Shown here: positions 1 through 12,669 of the stretch, one piece after another | Numbering within the stretch: position 1 is the stretch's first letter | How the letters are laid out: each line of letters starts with the position of its first letter | Assembly (NCBI GenBank): GCA_964252035.1 | Contig: OZ176202.1 | Source of the DNA: Podarcis erhardii | Lineage: Eukaryota | Direction: 5' to 3' (one strand) | Length of the DNA: 64,000 bases | Notes under the pieces: model-generated | The model's input: the letters and a program-made list of their open reading frames with translations, nothing else | What the model was told of the DNA's origin: nothing | Database searches by the model: none | Program-made: the position numbers and the translations under genes

Positions 1-1180
1 CTTCCTTAGTGTAGTCACAGAAGTAACAATCCAAGCAATAAAATCCACCCATCCTTAATACCAGAATTCACAGGGGACAGCCCAGCAAAAGTTAAGAGTT
101 TTAAAGGGGGGCAAGCCATAACCACTAGTGTCATTTTGCATTTTGCATTACTGCTGGAAAAAATTACCATTTCCAGGGATTTTAGGTCCTTGTTGTGAGC
201 ACGTGAATAGGAAGTAGAAAAAGGTGCTGAGAAATACGGTAGCAACCAGAGGAACAAAAGGGTGCATGAAATAAAAAATGTTCTGCAAGCTGCTGTGCTG
301 CTTTTGAGTTGCTTGCTTCATTTTGGGTCATCTCTTTGGCTGTGTTCATTGCACTATTAGAAGAGAGGGAGAAGGAGCTAGCCTTTGAAATGATTCAAAA
401 GATAACTGTGCTCTTGTACAATTCACCTTCATTTCAATGGGACTTGTGCAATTGATCAGACACCTGGGAAAGTAAACTTTCTTTTAATATTGCTCAATAT
501 TGTAAAATTGTGCTGCATATCTACGAATATTGCCCAGGCAAGTGACATCATTCCAGATGGAGATATTAATTAGCCAATGCAGATGCAAACTCTGTTATCT
601 CACAGGAGTTCAGACAAGTGTGTTTAAAGCTGAAGCTACCTATTAGCTCTACAATGAAGGTACTACACAACCTCTGCATTTTAATCCCAAATGCACTGGT
701 CACCTTTGTTAAGTACATGTTCCTGAGCTGTCACTCACTGCCATACATACTTCCATGTCCTTGGTTGTTCTGCATCACAAAAGAAATGTGAATTTCAACA
801 TGACTCTTTTCAAGAAAACTAAAAGCTCCATTGTCTGGTGTTATCGATTTATCAGGTTCAAAGGCTCTTTATTTTATCCAAGCATTTATGAGCTAGGTGA
901 CCCTCAACTAAATAAAGCGTTTCTTCCTCAATTTGAGATAAAGTTCCCAACATTTAAGCCTAATACTGTCATTCTTTTTGACTTTGAAGAGGCATATTTC
1001 TAAGGCATAAAAACACACACCTTTGTCTTGGTTAACTGACATTTAGAGAAACAGTTGCAGTACTTATTTGATAAATTAAAAATGGTGACTAAATGCTCAG
1101 TCATGTCCCTTAGGTAGTAGCAACACTTTATAAAGGTCTCAGGCATGTGGGGTGGGGGCTGGTCAGGTAGGATACATTAC

Positions 1181-1228
1181 CTCTCAATGGGTTCAGCACA
1201 GTCTCTCCCCTGCTACAAATCCATTTCA
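1181..1228 (-). CDS. Candidate 48-nt internal exon (xKWICSRGETVLNPLR), gene unknown
   Basis: Minus strand: ttttcttttctttag|TGAAATGG...TTGAGAG|gtaatg. Strong acceptor and donor, with only one open frame. No homolog recognised. Confidence 0.25.
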
Positions 1229-1282
1229 CTAAAGAAAAGAAAATCAATACATTAATAGAAAATAGTGTGCCTTACTGGTTTT

Positions 1283-1284
<2 letters not shown>

Positions 1285-1323
<39 letters not shown>
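1285..1323. repeat. (ATC)13 microsatellite
   Basis: Perfect ATC run. Confidence 0.97.
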
Positions 1324-1326
<3 letters not shown>

Positions 1327-2441
1327 CAGTTTCTAAACTTAGTAAAATAAGTAAATAAAAGCAGCACAGGCCCTGCCTACAGGCTTACAATAGAGGATGA
1401 AACCAAGTCAGGATAGGCAGGAAGGTAAAGTAAAGCAGACAGAAATCAACATCCCTTTATTTATGTACACTTCATTTCTCTGTATTCAATGACTGGCAAG
1501 TGAATGTGTGAATTGATTCCCCTGAAAAACGCAGTGCTTGAGGTGATATGAAGGGATACGATCCTAAATGCATCTAATTAGGTGTAACTCATATTGATTT
1601 CAGTGCAATGTGCTTGCAAGTAAGGATGTATCACATGGCAGCCTTATTATTTTCAGGTGCAAGTTTCAGGAAGTAGCTGACTTTCTGTTCCTCTCGTTCC
1701 CACATTATTCACAACCACCTGGTTTGCAGTGATATATCAGTTTAAGGCACCTTTCTCAAAACAGAATGGAAATGGAGTCCTCTTGAGTCATTGGATGTTG
1801 AATGTCTGTTTGATTCAATCTCAGTTTTAACAGTGGTTAGTGATTCCGGAGGAAAAAATGAAAACTGATTTCAGTGTTCTTGTACTTTTGCCAAAATGCC
1901 TTATTCTTAAATGTAGCTGGTCAATCCAGGGAATAGGTGTTCGATATTGCACCCATATTATCAGCATTCCCAACAAATGCAGAGAAACAGTGTTACATAC
2001 AGGCTGCCAGGGATGTAAGGAAGCATTGCTTTCTGTTCTGCCCTGTTTCCATCACAGGCAGTGCTGTTTCTCTTACGCTGCAGCTCATCTTCCACCCAAA
2101 GCTATGTTATTTGTCTTGCTGTCCACTGTAGATAAATTATGGAATCTATATAATTTACATTGTCACCCCATTATTGCACTCCATTCATTTCAATGAAAAG
2201 GAAACACAATGCAATCGGGGGTAGGGAATATAATCAATAGCACACTGTTTGTAGATTAAAAGCAACAACAGCAGCAAATAGTGATTGAATTTACTGAACT
2301 GGTTTCCATTCCAGACAGAGGATGGATAAGTGAATACTAGCAACTTTCACTTCCGTTTCTCTTTTCTTCAGTTCAACAGGCATGGATGGGAAGGCACATG
2401 TGTATGGAGCATGTTTTAGAGTGGCACCGTCTCATAATTTG

Positions 2442-4550
2442 TTTTTTTTTTTAAATAATATTTATTACTTTTTAAAAAGGAAAAAGAGACAAGAGAGAAA
2501 AAAAAGAACAAGAACAAGAAAAAAATAAAACAATACAATACAATATATAAACCATACAAAACACAACCTTAACACATTATCTAACACAATGAACTAAACA
2601 AAACAAAACAAAAACAATTTAAAAACATACATCATACCTTTTCCATATTCTAACTTTCATTCCCTTATATCATCGACCTCCTCTCACCTCCCTCTTTGTA
2701 TTCCACTTCCATTAATTATTTCAGCAATTCCTTTCCATCTTTCTCCATTTTCTATCATATAAATGTCTTAACATATTTTTAATCTTATTTCCATTAAAAT
2801 TAGTTACTTATTTAAGCTTAACTCCTTATAGCATTTCTACTAAGGCCATAAAATTTCATTCCAACATTTTCCTGTCACTCATTAATTTTACAATATTTCT
2901 ATATATAGACTTTAAATCTTCCAATCTTCTTCCACCATCTCCTCTCCCCGGTCTCGGGCTCTGCCAGACACTTCCATCCACTCCATACAGTCCATCAACC
3001 TGGAGATCTTATATCCAAGGCTCTTAACTCTTTTCCACGTCCCTTCTGCAGTTCTTCTTCATATTCTTTGATACTAAAGAACAGATCTCGAGGAAACTCC
3101 AATCCAACGACACCTCCACTCCCTCTCGACAGGTCAGCCAAATTTCCACAATTAAAGCTAGGATCCATAAAGTATTTCAGGGCATATTTCAAAATTCCTC
3201 CAATTCCAAAGGCCCCCCGAGCTCCAATCTCCTCCTGACCCAAGTCCATATTCCAAAATCAGTTAATCCCTGCATAGAGTGATCTTTCCAACTTTCCTTT
3301 TCCAGTCCAGGCCAGGCTCCGATCTTCAGAGTCTGAGTTTTTCTAGTTTCAATCACAAAGGGCCTCAACTTATAGACTTCGATTTGCCTCTGTAAGACTA
3401 AGGCTCCCCCTTGTATTGCTTTAGGTTCGACAACAGCAACTTTCTCCTTCTCCTTTTCCACAATTTGTCCTGTTAAAATAGATTCCTGTGCCAAATCCTG
3501 AATAATTTCTGTATTGGTGCTCAATTTTGGTCCCAAAATGTCAGTTTTAGTAATCATAACATCCATTTTTTTATGAAGCTCTTCCAACAAATAGTTTATC
3601 TTGCAAAATGCAGTTACTAAGGCTTCTCCTGTCAACATTCTCGAATGTCTAAGGTCAATCTCTAGTTCCCACTCTTCTTATCAAGCAGCTGGAGATTTCC
3701 CAGCTCCACTCTTGTAACAGTTTTAAAAGCTCCCTCTAGAGGGGAACAGTCTCCACTTGTATCAATCCTTTCAAAGAAACTTCAAAAAGTAAAGTTGGTT
3801 TCAATTTTCAGTTACTTTTCCTCCCTTTTAAATGCAGAAGCGGACAATGGAAACAATATATTTCTCTTATTCAACTGACTGTCAACATCTGTTCACTTCG
3901 CTGTCAATGAACTCTCCCAAAATGTCAATCACTGTCAGTCCGTTCCCAGGTTCAGAGCAGTGGCAGTTTAATTCTAATCACTCTCTCCTGCAGGATACAC
4001 GGCCCAAAATTTCCCCCCTCTTCTCCTGCTTCCAAGGGGGGGTCTAATAATTTCAATCGATGGAAGTTTAATCCTTTACATAAGGCTTTCCAAAACCTTA
4101 ACTTGTAAGCTCTTTGCTTCAGTCTATTTACAAAAGGGGAAGGCGGACTTCCTGTTTTGAATCTTCCCCGTTCTATGTGAAATTAAGGTATTTAAAGATC
4201 CAATTTTCCGTACTACTCACGGGTTGTTGTTTAAAGTCCAATTGTCCACAGGAAAAAGTCAGCGCTCTCCGGCAGCAGCAATGCGGCTTCACTCCGTGAA
4301 AGAAGCAGTCGATTCAAAGCACCGTGCCGCTCACCCCACATCACTCCGGATCCCCCAAACAGGGTTTCCCCCGCGAGTAGGGGAGGCGCAAAGGGTGCCA
4401 GCCGAATCCCAAGTTCACAGGCTTCTCCCGCCTGTGATTTCAGTGGGTCTCCGCCTTCGCCGTGGCGGTTCAGACCCTACTTTTCACGAAGCAAGTTCCT
4501 CCCGATCGGAGGAGCTCCGCCATTGCCGGAGGCGCTAACCCGGAAGTCCA
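2442..4550 (-). mobile_element. Short (2.1 kb) L1-like non-autonomous retroelement with both ends intact
   Basis: 19-bp TSD with 1 mismatch: ggcaccgtctcataatttg (2423-2441) and ggcaccctctcataatttg (4551-4569). CpG-rich 5' end starting GACTTCCGGGTTAGCGCC. AATAAA at 2461-2466 (minus strand) followed by an A-tail. Contains a coiled-coil-like ORF (3189-3638) and an L1-ORF2-C-terminus-like remnant (LMDCMEWMEVSGRARDRGEEMVEEDWK, about 2998-2918). Confidence 0.85.
3189..3638 (-). pseudogene. ORF1-like (coiled-coil) remnant inside the L1-like element
   Basis: 149-aa ORF lying just downstream of the 5'UTR, with a Leu/Ile heptad-like N-terminus (LLEELHKKMDVMITKTDIL). The ORF1 assignment is inferred from position and composition. 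Confidence 0.45.
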
Positions 4551-5499
4551 GGCACCCTCTCATAATTTGGCCCTGGCTCATGGCACACTTGCCAGAAGAC
4601 TGGCTACCATTGTTCAATTAAACTATTTTGTTATGACATCATACAAGCAATCCTTCCTACCTTGGAGGCGGTCTCTTTACTAGACATTCACATATGCAAG
4701 TGCATTTATATATTGGTTAGTAACTAAAGGTAGAGAGGCCATCTTGCATGCATTCCTTATATATTTACTGGCATTTTATCTGGCTTCCCTTCATTTCCCA
4801 AAAGAAATGACCCTTTTGATGCAAACTGCAGCCCTAATTCAAGATTTAATTTTTTAAAAAGAGCTGTGACCTAGATTTTAAGGAACAAAAAAGAGCTATT
4901 CAACTCTACTGTTTATTGGCACTTCTGTTTTCACAGGAGTAAATGCTGTGAGGAATTTCAGCAATCTTGGTTCCTGTATTGAAGCAATTATTAAGGAAAG
5001 AAATGATCTGCTATTGATAAAGGGAAGAAAGAGAAAAAGGCACAGTTCATTCTTCCAGGCACAGGTTGATCTGTCCCCTTCTGTTCTCCCAGTGTGAACA
5101 GGAATCACGCTCACAAAGCAAATCGATAATCTGAATTAACCGGCAAATCTGCTTGGTGCCTTTGCACAAGTTAGGCATGAGTAAATGGCAGTTTTCTTCA
5201 CTCTGCTATGTCTCCGTGTAGTCATGGAGATATTCAGGGAAAATTTGTAGGAATCTCTTTTACTGTATTTCACTTTCCCTACCAACTTTGCATGCAAAAA
5301 GGAAGGACAAAGGAGAACTTTTTACAAAGACAAACCATTGCAAAGTCAGGTAAAAAACACTCACTAGCTAAGAACACTAAGATAACATAGAGCTACGAGA
5401 AAAGCATTTGATAAATAAATAGGATTTTATAAATAAATATTATTTTATGTTTGAACAATATACTTATCCATAATTTTTGATGCACTGAATAATTTTAAT

Positions 5500-5658
5500 T
5501 ATAATCAGCTATACTCCTTCCTTGTATAGGCCTTGCCATGGTCCTATATCCTTCGGTTACCTCCTGTATAGCTAGTGCAGAATGCTGTTGCAAAGATATT
5601 GACTGGCACTTCTGTGGGCTATCATATAACATCCATCTTACAGGACCTGCACTGGTTG
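5500..5658 (+). mobile_element. L2-clade LINE ORF2 fragment (5' piece of a split copy)
   Basis: Translates LVQNAVAKILTG...HITSILQDLHWL, matching the L2 ORF2 motif LQLVQNAAARLLTG...HITPVLxxLHWLP. Confidence 0.8.
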
Positions 5659-5751
5659 GCTGTGTGTGGTTTGGTTTTGTGTTTCTCAAAGAACATTCCC
5701 CCAAAACAACCAGGCCTCTTCTGTCCTTTGTCACCCATCACTAGTACGTGG

Positions 5752-5811
5752 CCCTCAGAAGGTTGCCCAGAAAAGAATATGGCCCTCTGCATGAAGAAGG
5801 TTCCCCACCTC
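5752..5811. mobile_element. hAT-type MITE terminal fragment
   Basis: gtggccctcagaaggttgccc...aaggttccccacctctg resembles the ...aaggttccccacccctg end of lizard hAT MITEs. Confidence 0.5.
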
Positions 5812-6078
5812 TGTTATAAGGCCTCAGTCAGACTCCAGTTTTCATATGAACAAGTTGCTCACATGAGATGCTGCAGCCCAGACTGCCTTGCTTCCCTTCC
5901 ATGCCCTGTGGACTTCTGCCGGAGCCAGGATGTCAGGACATGCAGTTGCCTTCTCCTTGCAGCTTCTAGCACAGGAAGGGAGGGGGCATTAACAGCTTTG
6001 TGCACAGTGCTGGAAGATGGAGGGATATACTTGCATTGCCTTGGTAATGCAGGGGAGCTTTTTCTCTTGCTGCCCTTT

Positions 6079-6250
6079 GGCTCAGGGCCACAATACCTCA
6101 AGGACCACCTCTCTTCATACGAACCGATACAGACCCTGTGATCATCATCTGAGGCCCTTCTTCACATGTCTCCTCAACAAGAGATCCGGAGGGCAGCAAT
6201 ATGAGAACGGGCCTTTTCTGCAGTGACTCCTTGCTTGTGAAAAAGCCTAG
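6079..6250 (+). mobile_element. L2-clade LINE ORF2 C-terminal fragment (3' piece of a split copy)
   Basis: Translates GSGPQYLKDHLSSYEPIQTL*SSSEALL...ERAFSAVTPCL*KSL, matching L2 GLGPxYLxxxL...RSS...RAFSVxAPxLWNSLP. Confidence 0.8.
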
Positions 6251-6622
6251 AAAGAATAATGTCATTCCAAGCCAAGAGAATTCCCCCCAATTCTAAATGT
6301 GAGACATTTTCTGTTCAAAGAAGAAAGAAACCCACTGGGCATGTGCCATCTAAAATACTTTTTGGATTCCTAGAGAAGAAATAGGGAACAAACTGCTCCT
6401 TTAAAAAAATGGCACATGGATCCCAGTCTAAGTAAAAAGCAGCACCATAATCAAATCTTGCCTATCATTTCATCAGATGCCATTTTGCATTGCACAGTCA
6501 ACAAGAATCTGGAGCGGGGTGGATGACAGCTTAACCAGGGAAAACAAAATGCCTTGAGCAGTGTCTTTCCTTGGTGTGACAATTGTTAGACTAATCTATG
6601 ATCCTTGAAATCCTTATATCTG

Positions 6623-6753
6623 NNNNNNNNNNNNNNNNNNNNNNNNNNNNNNNNNNNNNNNNNNNNNNNNNNNNNNNNNNNNNNNNNNNNNNNNNNNNNN
6701 NNNNNNNNNNNNNNNNNNNNNNNNNNNNNNNNNNNNNNNNNNNNNNNNNNNNN
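6623..6753. other. Assembly gap (131 N)
   Basis: Run of N. Confidence 1.
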
Positions 6754-7955
6754 CCAGTTGAAGAGGAATCTGATGAATTGGCAAGGTCAGCATCATTTGA
6801 TGCAGGTCAGCATTTTCCTTCTAGTTAAGAGCCCGACTTACATGAAATACCGTCATCTCTAATAAGCAGTATCACAGACACTAGAGCCGTGTCATTTCGT
6901 AAGACCTGATCCTGTATTTCTCTCACACCTTACAAAATACCCCTTCCGAACATAGTGGTCTAAGCATTTTTCTTGTCTGCTGGGTAGTAATTGACTTTCC
7001 AAAGACGCAGCAGTTTTCATTCTGAGTAGCCACCCCTCCCCTCAGTGCCTTCTTGGGAAAATGCTGCTGATATGACAATCAGGTGGTCATTACACGAGTC
7101 ACTGTCTCTGATGCAAGAGTCTCTCCATTCCTCATTTACAAACGCATTGTTTATCAAAGGATGGGATTTCCTGTATGCTATAATGATCAGTTATCATTAG
7201 CAAGGGGATCCTCTCACTCCACTGCTGCTACTTAATTCTTTTTTTGGCAATAGAATAGGGTGATTACATGTCCTTTTAAAAATTATATTCTCTTTCTCAC
7301 TCCTCCTCCCCACTTTTGGGGGGATAGTTTTCATTTTGCTGAAAGTGACCATTTTTCAATTGTTACTGATGGGCTGGATTCTTTGTGCTGACTGCCAAGA
7401 AACTTTTGGAAATGTGCCCTGTTTCTCTCCAGAGACTACTGTAAAGTTTTCAAAGTAAAGTGAAAGAAATTGTATTTATTTGTGTTTAAAGAGCATTTTC
7501 TGTAAGTGAGACACACTGTTTCTGGTGAGCCTGCCTTGCTGATATTAGTCTTCCAAAGTCAGTGGTTAACCATTTCTAGAGGCCATATTTTATCATCAAT
7601 CTCACACCTTTAATTTGGCCCAGAAGTCAGGAACACAAGGAGAGGCATTCTCCTGGTATGTTTTCTACTGGTTTTTCATTTCCCTAAATACGATATTTAA
7701 TGCTGATTGATTGTGACACCAGAGAAAAGTTAGAATTAGCTGGCTAAAATAATGATTTCCAGTGTCTTGTTATTTTCCTCCAAAAATACTGAATTAGTTT
7801 AAGATAATATGCATATGAATGTAATTTAGGAGTCATGCATTTGATTATGGCTGCAATCCTTTTTATACATTATTGAAATAAGCTCCATTTAACTGAGTAG
7901 GACTTACGATAAGGTTGTGTTGTGTATGTTGGTAAAAACAAACCAACAGACATAC

Positions 7956-8041
7956 CTTGGATGCAAATTCACCAGCAGTTATTCTCTCCTTGTATAGGAA
8001 ATGTTGTTGTTTGGCATGCAGCAGTTCTGCAGTATCTAGCC
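7956..8041 (-). CDS. Candidate 86-nt exon (GLDTAELLHAKQQHFLYKERITAGEFASK), gene unknown
   Basis: Minus strand: ccatccatctacag|GGCTAG...TCCAAG|gtatgt. Only one open frame, and the peptide has ordinary composition. Confidence 0.3.
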
Positions 8042-8068
8042 CTGTAGATGGATGGAGGTACCATAAGC

Positions 8069-8187
8069 CAGGGGTAGCCAATGTTACCCCTGAACCAGAA
8101 CTCCGTCTATCCCTGACCATTGACCATGCTGACTGGGGCTAATGGGGAGTCCCACCATATCTGGAGGACACCACATTACCCACCCTT
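8069..8187. mobile_element. Short palindromic squamate MITE (~130-bp hAT-like family), degraded
   Basis: caggggtagccaat...atccctgaccattgaccatgctgactggggctaatgggg...atctggaggacaccacatt. Same family as the copies at 13955, 37738, 44264 and 47984. Confidence 0.7.
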
Positions 8188-8199
8188 CCTATGAGCTAT

Positions 8200-8312
8200 C
8201 TAGACCCAATAGTTCAGGATGGGTGTGACACTGACACTGCAATAGTGATGTTAATCAATGATCTCAGCCATCCTGTTAGAACTTTCTGTGACCTTTGAGA
8301 ATGTTGACAAGT
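8200..8312 (+). mobile_element. L2 reverse-transcriptase remnant
   Basis: Translates approximately DPIVQDGCDTDTAIVMLINDL...LLELSVTFENVD, compared with L2 DPFQSGFR..GTETALVALVDDL...LLDLSAAFDTVD. Confidence 0.55.
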
Positions 8313-11300
8313 CAGCAGACAGGTTACTTGGAAACTGCTTTTGAGTAGTTCCCATCATGATTGGCAAAAGGTCCCAGGGGTAGTTATGAATGCCTGGCTA
8401 TAATCTGTACTGCAGATTTATGTAGGATAGGTATGGTTTAAGAGTTCATTTGATCCCTGTTTTTAAGCAAACCAACTTGATTTGCACTTCTCAGACTAAT
8501 ATGATGACTTCTTCCATTATTATTATTTTTGGACTTCTCAGTGTTTTGTAATACACTTTTGGCTCAAAGAACACATAAATATGCATATAGAAAAATGTAT
8601 ACAAAAAGTGTATTTGTGACAAAGTATGTTAAAATACGGTCTGTCTATGTGTTTAAAAACAAAACAGAATGGTGTGAAATGGGACAGAACTGACGTAGGA
8701 ATAAAAATTGACATGGAGAATAGGAATAGATGGATCCATCCATTTCTACTACCGTCTATATTCTTTCTTGGTCAACATGTATATGAGACCACTACACAAG
8801 ATGAGATGTAGACATGGAGGCTGATGCCAGTGTGAATAGATGACACTCAGGCTTGGCTTTATCGTTCATCTGGTTTTCCTGACTAAAGTTGAAGACTAGT
8901 GCTGAACAGAAATAGGTAGTCATATTGCCTGAACCTCACACCCTAAGTGAAGGGTATGTGATCCTTTTAACTGGAGATGTATGGGATTAATCCTGAAACC
9001 CTCAACACACAAAACATGCATTCTTCCACTAACCTGTCATTCCTCCACATCTAGTCCAAACCTTATGTCCAAAAGCAAGACAAACTACCTCCTTCTCCCC
9101 ACCAAATCAGGTCAGAAAGTCTCAGGAGCAGAGAATAGTCACTTGAAAGAGGTATTCATGGAGCAATAACTTCATATTACTCTTACTTGGTTATAGCATG
9201 TAGTATCTCATTCAGAAGTTATGGGATAATCAATCCCTCAGCTTTGATATTTCTTTTTTTCCATGGATTAAGGTCAAACTAATTTGGAATGTTTGCTTGC
9301 CAGTGACATTGTCAGACACCAGACCTGATTGTGTTTGTAGTCCTGGTTAACTGTGATTCTTCATCCCAAATAATTTGATCAATGCAGATGTGAGTAAATT
9401 TGCAATACCTGTGTGTGCAAAGACTTGGCCATTCACTTCAATATCAGGGACAGCTATCTATATACAGATGTGTAGAGCAGACCTTCAACTTAGAAGTGAG
9501 TGGTTGTTCCTTGGGCACGTGGGAGCTCTGCATGAGCAGCAGAGTTTATTCATTTATATTTTATTTATAGAATGATTTATATTCAGCCTTTCGGCTCCCC
9601 CAAGGCGCCCAAGGCATATATCTTTGTACTGGAACCCTTATTTTATTTATTCTCATGGAACTCCAAGGGGCAGAAATATATATCACATTTTACAAATGTG
9701 GAGTGGAGTGTCACCTATAATCATCCAGGTTAAGGAGGGTTTTAAATCCCATTTTTATGTACTACCAACACACACTGAAATATTGAGAGTAAGATTTAAT
9801 ATGCCACCATAAGCTGAAAAACATCAGATAAACTAAATGATGCAACAAGGTACATACATCGGGACTTCATCTGCTACATGCTGTAGCTTGTATCAATTGG
9901 AACTTCTCCTTTAACTTCAATTGATCTTGAAAGCCAGCCTGTTTGAAGAACCTAATTTAATAATTCAGAGTTCCTGCGGGGCTTGTAAATAAGAGATTAA
10001 GAAAAGACATTTAATTTAAATTAATAACAGCAAACTAAAACTATATGTTTTGGTCTGTAAAAGTCAGAGATAATTAATATATATAGCTAATAGCGCAATT
10101 CAATTAATACAAAGACCAAAGTGGATTACATGTACATTTTCCTGATTTATATGGCCTCCTTTGGGTAGAATGGTCTACTGAGAAGATTGCAATGCATTTG
10201 AAGTTAGACAAAATGGGTTTTGGGACTCTCCTTCAATCTTATGATTTTATAACTGTAAGGATGGATTCTGCAGAAAAAGTGACTGCTAAAATGGTCAAAC
10301 CAGTTTATTTGCTAAGTAAATAGCCTTGCCAGCTATGTTAAGTATCTGCTTTGTACAATGAATAATAGTTGTAGCCCCTTCTGGAATGTGAATGGAAGAG
10401 GTTAAGCCTTACCCCACCTCCCTTGGCTGGATAAGGTGTCTGTGTCTGAAAGAGAGCGAAGGACAGCCCGTCTTGGGACTGAAACGAAAAAACTCACCTT
10501 GGAACTCCCGTATATGTTCCCCAAAGAGAAAGGTCCTTGGATGCTTTTGGTGCTGCCCTGCTAAGGTCAGTCAGCCATGGCCTGATCCTACCTCCCATAG
10601 CTGGGTTGCCTCTTGTGTGCTCCATGTGGAAGATGGTCTGATCAGGCCAAGGCTTCTAGCCAGGCATAATCTGGCTGCAATTCAGTACAGTTTGCTGGGA
10701 AAATGGCAGCAGATATGGAGAAAGCAGATGGGTTAGAAGCTGTTGAAGGGACACTCCCTCTGTCATTGCTGCCTCACTGTTGCTGCTGGCACTAGTGCTG
10801 GCTCCAGGTTCTGAGGGATCCTTGAGCAGCATGGTCTCACCTCTCTGAATGGGTTCAGGTCCGCATAATGCCATCTATTTGCCTGCCCTCTTCCCCAGAA
10901 CCCAAAAGGAGAGTGCAAGGGAAGTGGAGGATGCTGTTGCATCTCCTTCACAAGTTCACTGTTTGTCTGCTCAGTTCAACAATCACTGACAACAAAGAGG
11001 ACAGTCAGGAGGGTGAGGAGGTCCTGGGAATCAGTAGTGAGCCCCTGGGCAGGGGCTGTGGGTCCAGCAATACTGACACCTGATGACAATATTGTTCAGC
11101 ACAGTGGACACCCCTTGAACTGAGCCAACCTACTCCACCTTCCTGAGCAAGCTGTCCCTGAAACCAGTGCCTTCCTTCCCATCTTCTCCCCAAGTTACAA
11201 GCTTGGCACAACCATGCAACAAAAGTGTTCAATGTTGGGCATTTGCATTTTCACGATCACAGCCTGATATTCCTTTTTTCTTTTGCAATGCGTTTTTTGA

Positions 11301-12242
11301 ACAAACGTAATCGAAGATCTTGTAGCTAGTCTAATTGCATCACACTTAATTGCAAACATTTGGGGATGGAGTAAAACAGATGGAATTGCTATTGTCACAT
11401 ACAGGCAATACTCTCTTAATTCTCCTTTAAAAGTCGGAATCTCCACTCTTCATTGCCTGGCATTAATGATCTCTTATGTCAGAAAAAGTTCAGTTAAAAA
11501 AAAAAAAAAAACAATGGGAAGAAGTCACAGCGGAAAAAGAATGAGGAAATAATCTTCCAAAGAAAAACTTAACATGAATCTCTCAGTGTCAATAAAGATT
11601 CAGGAGTAATTAGTTACATGGATCACTGCTTCTGCTGAAGAATATCAGACACCCCTGGAGCTCACTCTTCCTCCCTCCCTCTCTCCCTCTTTCCCTCATA
11701 CATCCATATCTCTGGAGATAAAGTTTTCTTTCATGCACAAAACAATATGTTTAAGTGCCTTTATTTTTAGCTTATCCGTTATTTGGGGTCTGATTCTCTT
11801 GAAATCACCCTCCTCATTGAAATGCAAATAGCAGCTTTGGAAATGTCATTTATTTATTTTTTTGCCAGGACTATGGCAGGGGGAGAAAAAGTGACATTCC
11901 CATTGCTGCTCACCACAGTCCAGAAATTGTTTAGGCTTCAGTGCAGCAGCTATTTACCTAACAAAAACTATGCACACTAATTGCACCCCCCCCACAAGTA
12001 ACAGTGCTAGGTTGGCTCTGACTTCTTGGAACTGCTTGTAAGCAAACTATGTTAGGATTTCAAGCAGGCCTTATTTTGAAGACATGGTGGCTATAAGGAA
12101 ATGATCCCAACAACTCCAACACCCATCTGGAAACAAGTTGCATTGAACTAGCCCTTTGCCCATGAGTTTACTGCTGCATCACAACGATTATTGCTCTTTT
12201 TATTGCTCCATTGCAATAAATATTGGAGAGAGAACTGCTGGA

Positions 12243-12331
12243 CAGGCATCTGGTTAGCCACTGTGAGGACAGGATATTGGACTAAATGGGCCATTGCTGT
12301 GATTCAGCAGGGCCATTCTTACGTTTTTATG
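12243..12331 (+). mobile_element. CR1-clade LINE 3' end
   Basis: ggcatctggttagccactgtgaggacaggatattggactaaatgggcc...cagcagggccattcttacgttttt, a squamate CR1 3'UTR terminus. Confidence 0.75.
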
Positions 12332-12669
12332 GGTTATTTTGCTCCACTAGTTAGTTTTTTAAAAATCTGCTAGACTACATTTAAAAGGTTCATCATAACT
12401 GAGGGGTAAAATGCTGCTTAGTTTGGTTGTGTGGGCCCATTCCCAGCAGACACTTTCAGAAATGCAGTGTGGGGCTGGCCACATCCTCTGTCCTGTGCTT
12501 TGTGGTTCCCAAGCATCCAACAGCCAGCTGGCTGACAGGTGCTTGGGAACCCCATGCAACAGGTTTGGGGGCTGGTGTGACAACTATCCTGTCAATACAG
12601 TACTACTCGCCACCGCTCAAATTTGACCTGTGAGACTGATCCATATAATGATCTGGCCCATGGAGTCAA

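Noticed and set aside
6598-6862. ORFs spanning the N run
   Set aside because: Artefacts of translating ambiguous bases.
10881-11015. Plus-strand segment with strong acceptor and donor (ccctcttccccag|...GAGG|gtgagg)
   Set aside because: Two open frames with no recognisable peptide, in a GC-elevated stretch that looks like decayed repeat. No phase-compatible plus-strand partner exons were found.
11250-11511. Possible processed pseudogene ending in an A-run at about 11497-11510
   Set aside because: No TSD, no canonical poly(A) signal just upstream, and no recognisable coding sequence.
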